64,000 nt of DNA from contig CALFVU010000002.1 of assembly GCA_937928085.1 (NCBI GenBank), forward strand, positions 4,314 to 68,313, given 5' to 3'. Under the pieces are notes generated by a model. That model did no database searches and had not been told where the DNA came from. It saw only the letters and a list, made by a program, of their open reading frames with translations. Shown here one piece after another: positions 59,872-64,000 of the stretch. The DNA is from an uncultured bacterium (GTDB taxonomy: Bacteria; Spirochaetota; Leptospiria; Leptospirales; Leptonemataceae). Position numbers and translations under genes: made by a program. Within the stretch, counting starts at the first letter, position 1, and each line of letters begins with the position of its first letter.

Positions 59872-59882
59872 GGATAAGAAAA

Positions 59883-61046
59883 ATGAAGTTATTTCAATAT
59901 CCCTTTTTTTTAGCAATTTTTATAGGATTTAGCATTTTTATAACGGATAAAATCTTTTTGATTCCATCTATAAAAAAAATTAGTATTTATTACAAAAAAG
60001 TAGAGATCTTTTTTTTCGAATCAAGATTTGAATTATTCAGTTTTTTTAAAAAAAATGAAAAAAACGATTATGCATTGATTTTAGGAAGCTCCCGTTCGGG
60101 AATGTTTTCGAATCAAGATATTCAAGAAATGATTCCTTTCACTATAAATATATATAATTTTAGTGCACCATTAGCTGGTACAGCATATTATTATTATTGG
60201 ATACATCGATTTTTATTAGATAAAGAAATTCCAAAAAAACCAAAATTCATCATTATGGAATTAGATGCGATCAATTTAGGTGAACCTTCCTTAACAAATT
60301 CTTTACCATTCTCCTATGATTTACCATTTATTTTTGAATATTTAGATTTTTACAGAAATCTACCCAATCAAATCTCAAATAAACAACTAAAAAGTTTTAT
60401 AAATTATCTATTTTCTTCCAGAGAAAGGGAAAAAGGATTTTATGCAGACGAAGTAGATTCATATTTAATTCGATTCTTTTTTATTATAGGAAAATACAAT
60501 ATTCATCCTTTAAAGATTTTGGAAAACTTTAAAAAAATAGATTTCTTGAATATAGAAAATCATCATACAGAAAAAATATTTGTGTATCAATTCGTGCACA
60601 AAATGAAAGAAAAGCATATACAAAGTTTTCACGAAACTCATGGTGGAATTCCTATAGAATTTTATACAAAAATACCTGAAGAGCAATTACCCATTGATGC
60701 CAAAAAAACTTTCTTAAGAATTTTTCCTAAACCCGAACTTTCTACTACCCAATTGATTTTTTTAAAAAATATTTTGGAAATCTGTAAAAAATATCAAATC
60801 CCCTTAATACTATACAAACCCCCTATGACAACGTATGCTAACGAAATTTTAACACAATATAATCTTTATCATTTAGAAGATATAATCAATATTTTTTTTT
60901 ACTACAAGAATGTATTTTATGTTGATGCATCAAATTTAAACTGTAAAGAATTTATTGACTCGGTACATCTAAGCCCAGAATGTTATAAACATCTTACGAA
61001 ATATATTTTTACAGAAGTAATCAAGCAATCTTCGATATTGTATTAG
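59883..61046 (+). CDS. membrane-anchored SGNH/DltD-like partner protein (DUF1574-like)
   Basis: Lies 11 nt after the MBOAT gene, preceded by AAGGA. N-terminal TM segment, LILGSSRSG block I and DSVHL (DxxH) near the C-terminus. Confidence 0.6.
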   Translation: MKLFQYPFFLAIFIGFSIFITDKIFLIPSIKKISIYYKKVEIFFFESRFELFSFFKKNEKNDYALILGSSRSGMFSNQDIQEMIPFTINIYNFSAPLAGTAYYYYWIHRFLLDKEIPKKPKFIIMELDAINLGEPSLTNSLPFSYDLPFIFEYLDFYRNLPNQISNKQLKSFINYLFSSREREKGFYADEVDSYLIRFFFIIGKYNIHPLKILENFKKIDFLNIENHHTEKIFVYQFVHKMKEKHIQSFHETHGGIPIEFYTKIPEEQLPIDAKKTFLRIFPKPELSTTQLIFLKNILEICKKYQIPLILYKPPMTTYANEILTQYNLYHLEDIINIFFYYKNVFYVDASNLNCKEFIDSVHLSPECYKHLTKYIFTEVIKQSSILY

Positions 61047-61067
61047 GTATTTATTTACTATATTCTA

Positions 61068-61096
61068 TTGACACTAAAAAACTTTAAATTTAGTTA
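61068..61096 (+). promoter_or_regulatory. sigma70-like promoter TTGACA-N17-TAGTTA upstream of the MBL hydrolase gene
   Basis: TTGACA at 61068..61073 and TAGTTA at 61091..61096. ATG 61104 lies 7 nt after the -10 with no SD, so the mRNA would be leaderless or nearly so. Confidence 0.3.
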
Positions 61097-61103
61097 GTTT
61101 TTA

Positions 61104-62057
61104 ATGATCATAAAACTTTATGGTGTGAGAGGTTCTATTCCATCTCCTACTTCTAATTCAGAATATAAAGAAAAGATAAAAAGAATCTTAGAACTTGCCG
61201 TAGAAAAACAACTGATTCAAAAAGAAAAAATACTTAATTTTTTAGAAGAAATTCCTTTGCCATTAAGTTATTTGATTGGAGGGAATACGACCTGTTTAAC
61301 GATTCGAACAGAGGAAAATTTATATATTTTAGATGGAGGAACTGGAATACGAGTCTTGGGAGAAGAAATTTCCCAAAATCCTAATTCTTATCCAAAAGTT
61401 TTACATCTTTTTTTATCTCATACCCATTGGGATCATATTCAGGGAATTCCTTTTTTTAAACCTTTGTATCTTCCTAATTTTACTATCCATTTTTACTCTG
61501 GTTTTCCTGATATACAAGAAAGACTAATGTACCAAACTGATGTAAGGTTTTTCCCAGCTCCTTTTGAAAAAACTGCAAGTAAAAAATATTACCATCATCT
61601 TAAAGTTGGGCAACCAATCAAAATAGAAAACAATATAGAGATCCACACCTTTCCGCTTAAGCATCCCGGAGGCTGTTTTTCTTATAAATTTATTTCTTTA
61701 AAAAATAATAAAATTTTTATTTTTGCAACCGATGTAGAATTTACTGGAGAAGAGTTTTTAGGTAAACAAGAATATCTAAATTACTTTGGTTATGCTGATA
61801 TATTATTTATTGATTCTCAATATACTTTAGATGAATCTTTTCTAAAAATTGATTGGGGGCATACAAGCTATACTATGGCTATAAACTGTGCAGTACGTTG
61901 GAAAGTAAAGAATGTAATTTTAACCCATCATGAACCAAACTATAGTGACGAAAAACTTTTCCAGAATTATTTATATGCTATCCGTCATAGAAACTATTTA
62001 GAAAAGGATCGACCAAAAATTTTTTTAGCAAGAGAAGGAATGGTATTTCAGTTATAA
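61104..62057 (+). CDS. MBL-fold metallo-hydrolase
   Basis: HTHWDHIQG metal-binding motif, later H and D ligands (LKHPGG, THHEP). Confidence 0.8.
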   Translation: MIIKLYGVRGSIPSPTSNSEYKEKIKRILELAVEKQLIQKEKILNFLEEIPLPLSYLIGGNTTCLTIRTEENLYILDGGTGIRVLGEEISQNPNSYPKVLHLFLSHTHWDHIQGIPFFKPLYLPNFTIHFYSGFPDIQERLMYQTDVRFFPAPFEKTASKKYYHHLKVGQPIKIENNIEIHTFPLKHPGGCFSYKFISLKNNKIFIFATDVEFTGEEFLGKQEYLNYFGYADILFIDSQYTLDESFLKIDWGHTSYTMAINCAVRWKVKNVILTHHEPNYSDEKLFQNYLYAIRHRNYLEKDRPKIFLAREGMVFQL

Positions 62058-62059
62058 AT

Positions 62060-62533
62060 ATGTTTTCAAAAGAATTTTTATTACTCAATACATTTGTTCT
62101 TTTAACTATCTTTGGTACTGTAAAAATAGCCTTATGGTTTGAAAATCATTTAGTAAAAAAAAATTATGAATATATTATAAAAAATTTGGCATATTCTTAT
62201 CAGGATTTCGTTAAAATAGAAAGATTACAAAACAAATCTTTTTTTGGATTTAAACATTACTTTGCTACAATTAGTGTAAAACTTGAAGGAAATCGAAAAG
62301 AAATTCTAAAAAAAATCTCCCCTACCCTATTCTATAAATTTAAAGAAGGAAATCAAGTAGAATCAACAATTGTTAAAGATCGATTCGGTAATTTTCAAAT
62401 TTTTCTTATACAACAACTGCACGAAGAAATTTCTTTAAAAAAAGATAGAAATAAAAATATAGATTTCGTTTGTAATTTTTTTCTTGTTATTTCTGGAATT
62501 TTTTTTATTTTCTATAAATTGAAAAAAAAATGA
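62060..62533 (+). CDS. hypothetical membrane protein (TM helix at each end)
   Basis: 157-aa ORF tightly packed between neighbours (2-nt gap upstream, ATGA overlap downstream). Confidence 0.55.
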   Translation: MFSKEFLLLNTFVLLTIFGTVKIALWFENHLVKKNYEYIIKNLAYSYQDFVKIERLQNKSFFGFKHYFATISVKLEGNRKEILKKISPTLFYKFKEGNQVESTIVKDRFGNFQIFLIQQLHEEISLKKDRNKNIDFVCNFFLVISGIFFIFYKLKKK

Positions 62534-63333
62534 AATTTGGACTTTCTCCTTGTCCAAATGATACGTTTATTTTTTATAAATTTATACAAAATAAAGAGAT
62601 TACACCCATTTTTTTAGATGTAGAAGAATTAAATCAATTAGCACGAAAACAAGAAATTCCACTGGTAAAAGTATCTTGTGCTACCGCTGTTCAACTAAAG
62701 AATTATGAAATTTTATCTTGTGGCGGTGCAATGGGGTATGGTTGTGGTCCATTGATAATATCAAATCAGCTTTCAAAAAAACCTATAAAAGAAGCGATTC
62801 AAACATATACTATTTTGATTCCGGGTAAATTTACTACTGCGAATTTTCTATTTACTAGTTTCTGCAAAGAAAATCAAATCCAAGACAAACTATTCGATAT
62901 CCTATATCTTCGATACGATGAGATTATCCCCAAAATGTTGGAATTAAAACAAAAAAATCAAAATGCCTTAGGAATCTTAATCCATGAAGAACGCTTCACC
63001 TATAAAAAATTTCAGTTATACTTCGAATTTGATTTAGGCACATGGTGGGAAACATTTACAAATCTACCCATACCATTGGGATGTATTGTATTACATAAAG
63101 ATTTTTCTAAAGATAAACAAAAAATCGAAGAATCTATACGAGAAAGCTTATTATATTCGAAACAAAATTATGAACAGGTATTGCCCTTTATTAAAGAAAA
63201 GGCTCAAACTCTTGATGAAGAAGCAATCCTAAACCACATACAACTATATGTAAATGAGTTTAGTTATAACATTCAAGAAAGTGGTTGGATTGCTTTAAAA
63301 AAAATGAAAGAATTAATAGAAAATCTTCTCTAA
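62530..63333 (+). CDS. mqnD: 1,4-dihydroxy-6-naphthoate synthase (futalosine pathway, VitK2_biosynth family)
   Basis: N-terminal GLSPCPNDTFIFY motif typical of MqnD, 267 aa. Confidence 0.75.
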   Translation: MKFGLSPCPNDTFIFYKFIQNKEITPIFLDVEELNQLARKQEIPLVKVSCATAVQLKNYEILSCGGAMGYGCGPLIISNQLSKKPIKEAIQTYTILIPGKFTTANFLFTSFCKENQIQDKLFDILYLRYDEIIPKMLELKQKNQNALGILIHEERFTYKKFQLYFEFDLGTWWETFTNLPIPLGCIVLHKDFSKDKQKIEESIRESLLYSKQNYEQVLPFIKEKAQTLDEEAILNHIQLYVNEFSYNIQESGWIALKKMKELIENLL

Positions 63334-63334
63334 A

Positions 63335-64000
63335 TTACCTTAAAAATATTAAAGCCATAAGAAAAAATACAGGCTGTAAAATAAAAATAGAATAGATCAT
63401 ATATCCTCCAAAAGAAGGCATTTTAATGCCTGAATGCTCTACAATAGAACGAACCATAAAATTAGGTGCATTTCCAATGTAAGTCATAGCTCCCATAAAC
63501 ACAGAACCTAATGAAATTCCTGCTAAAATTAAAGGTTTTGAGTGAATAAATTCAGATACAGTTGCTGTACCTTGAGCAGTAGTAAAAAATACAAGATAGG
63601 TGGGAGCATTATCGAGGAAACTAGAGAAAAAACCCGTAGCATAAAAATATTGTATTGGCGTGTTTAATCCCAACTCTGCACCATGTGTTCTTAAAAGAAT
63701 TAAAGCTGGAACCATCGTAATAAAAATTCCAATAAATAAAGCTGCTACTTCTATAATGGGATAAAGATTAAAATCATTCTCTTTTCTATATTTTTCTTTT
63801 GTTGTAAATTTAGAAAGTAGAATCAATATAATAAATAAGGGAATTTGAATCAATTTATAAAATTCATTTTGATGGATTAAAGTTTTAAAAGGCTCATAGT
63901 TTTCGTTAACAAAAGCTACTACTAATATTACACCCAATAACCATAAAAAATTAATTCCACCTTTTAAACGTAAAGGCTGAATCTGAGTTTTATCTTTTTT
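63335..64000 (-). CDS. C-terminal part of an ArsB/NhaD-superfamily ion transporter (gene continues past the window end)
   Basis: Polytopic sequence with GNAPNFMVRSI. The reading frame stays open upstream of the track start (63937) to position 64000. Confidence 0.7.
   Translation of the reverse strand, partial: KKDKTQIQPLRLKGGINFLWLLGVILVVAFVNENYEPFKTLIHQNEFYKLIQIPLFIILILLSKFTTKEKYRKENDFNLYPIIEVAALFIGIFITMVPALILLRTHGAELGLNTPIQYFYATGFFSSFLDNAPTYLVFFTTAQGTATVSEFIHSKPLILAGISLGSVFMGAMTYIGNAPNFMVRSIVEHSGIKMPSFGGYMIYSIFILQPVFFLMALIFLR

Noticed and set aside
1-64000. Search for a CRISPR array, tRNA/rRNA/tmRNA, transposase/integrase, prophage, toxin-antitoxin pair or known defence genes
   Set aside because: No spacer is longer than 148 nt and no regularly spaced repeats were seen. 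No T-loop-like GTTCGAATC-type signatures were seen in the spacers, and no ORF has recombinase, nuclease-helicase or phage structural motifs. Composition looks uniform, so nothing suggests a horizontally acquired island.

Overview
AT-rich (about 70% A+T by eye, not computed), very gene-dense bacterial chromosome segment with about 60 protein-coding genes. I found no rRNA, tRNA, CRISPR array, transposase, integrase or phage gene. All function calls are motif recognition from memory, with no searches run. Most of the window is core metabolism and envelope biogenesis. The core genes are tsf(3' end)-pyrH-frr-uppS-cdsA-dxr-rseP-proS-trpB, an ABC-2 transporter, pdxB, argB, pdxA, dapA-dapB-cdaA-cdaR-acpS, ppx, hemA, aroK, apt, mgsA, a long thyX-like gene and mqnD. 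Interspersed are envelope and glycan genes: two MBOAT acyltransferases, two SGNH/DltD-like (DUF1574-like) proteins, an Slt70-type lytic transglycosylase, an LtaS-type sulfatase, two GT4 glycosyltransferases, one GT8-like enzyme, a CapD-type dehydratase and a eukaryote-type UGPase. A signalling neighbourhood holds an RsbW-like kinase, two HDOD proteins, a receiver-class III cyclase, an orphan cheD and a TraB-family protein. The gene order, signalling repertoire, DUF1574-like proteins and lipobox style suggest a Leptospira-related spirochaete with unusually low GC, but this is inference only. Genes are packed by many ATGA start/stop overlaps and convergent gene ends overlap. The longest spacer is 148 nt (44406..44553). 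I see no canonical defence, mobile or secondary-metabolite island and cannot claim a demonstrably novel system. The best uncharacterised leads are: (1) two unknown proteins packed in front of a bactofilin, divergent from Slt-MBOAT; (2) an MBOAT paired with a small cytoplasmic PRELI/SRPBCC-like protein instead of an SGNH partner; (3) a translationally coupled LtaS-unknown-Nudix-esterase-Ppx operon; (4) a LOG-family gene coupled to a 658-aa unknown, followed by a coiled-coil RsbW-like protein; (5) a cyclase whose receiver domain carries Glu at the phospho-acceptor position.
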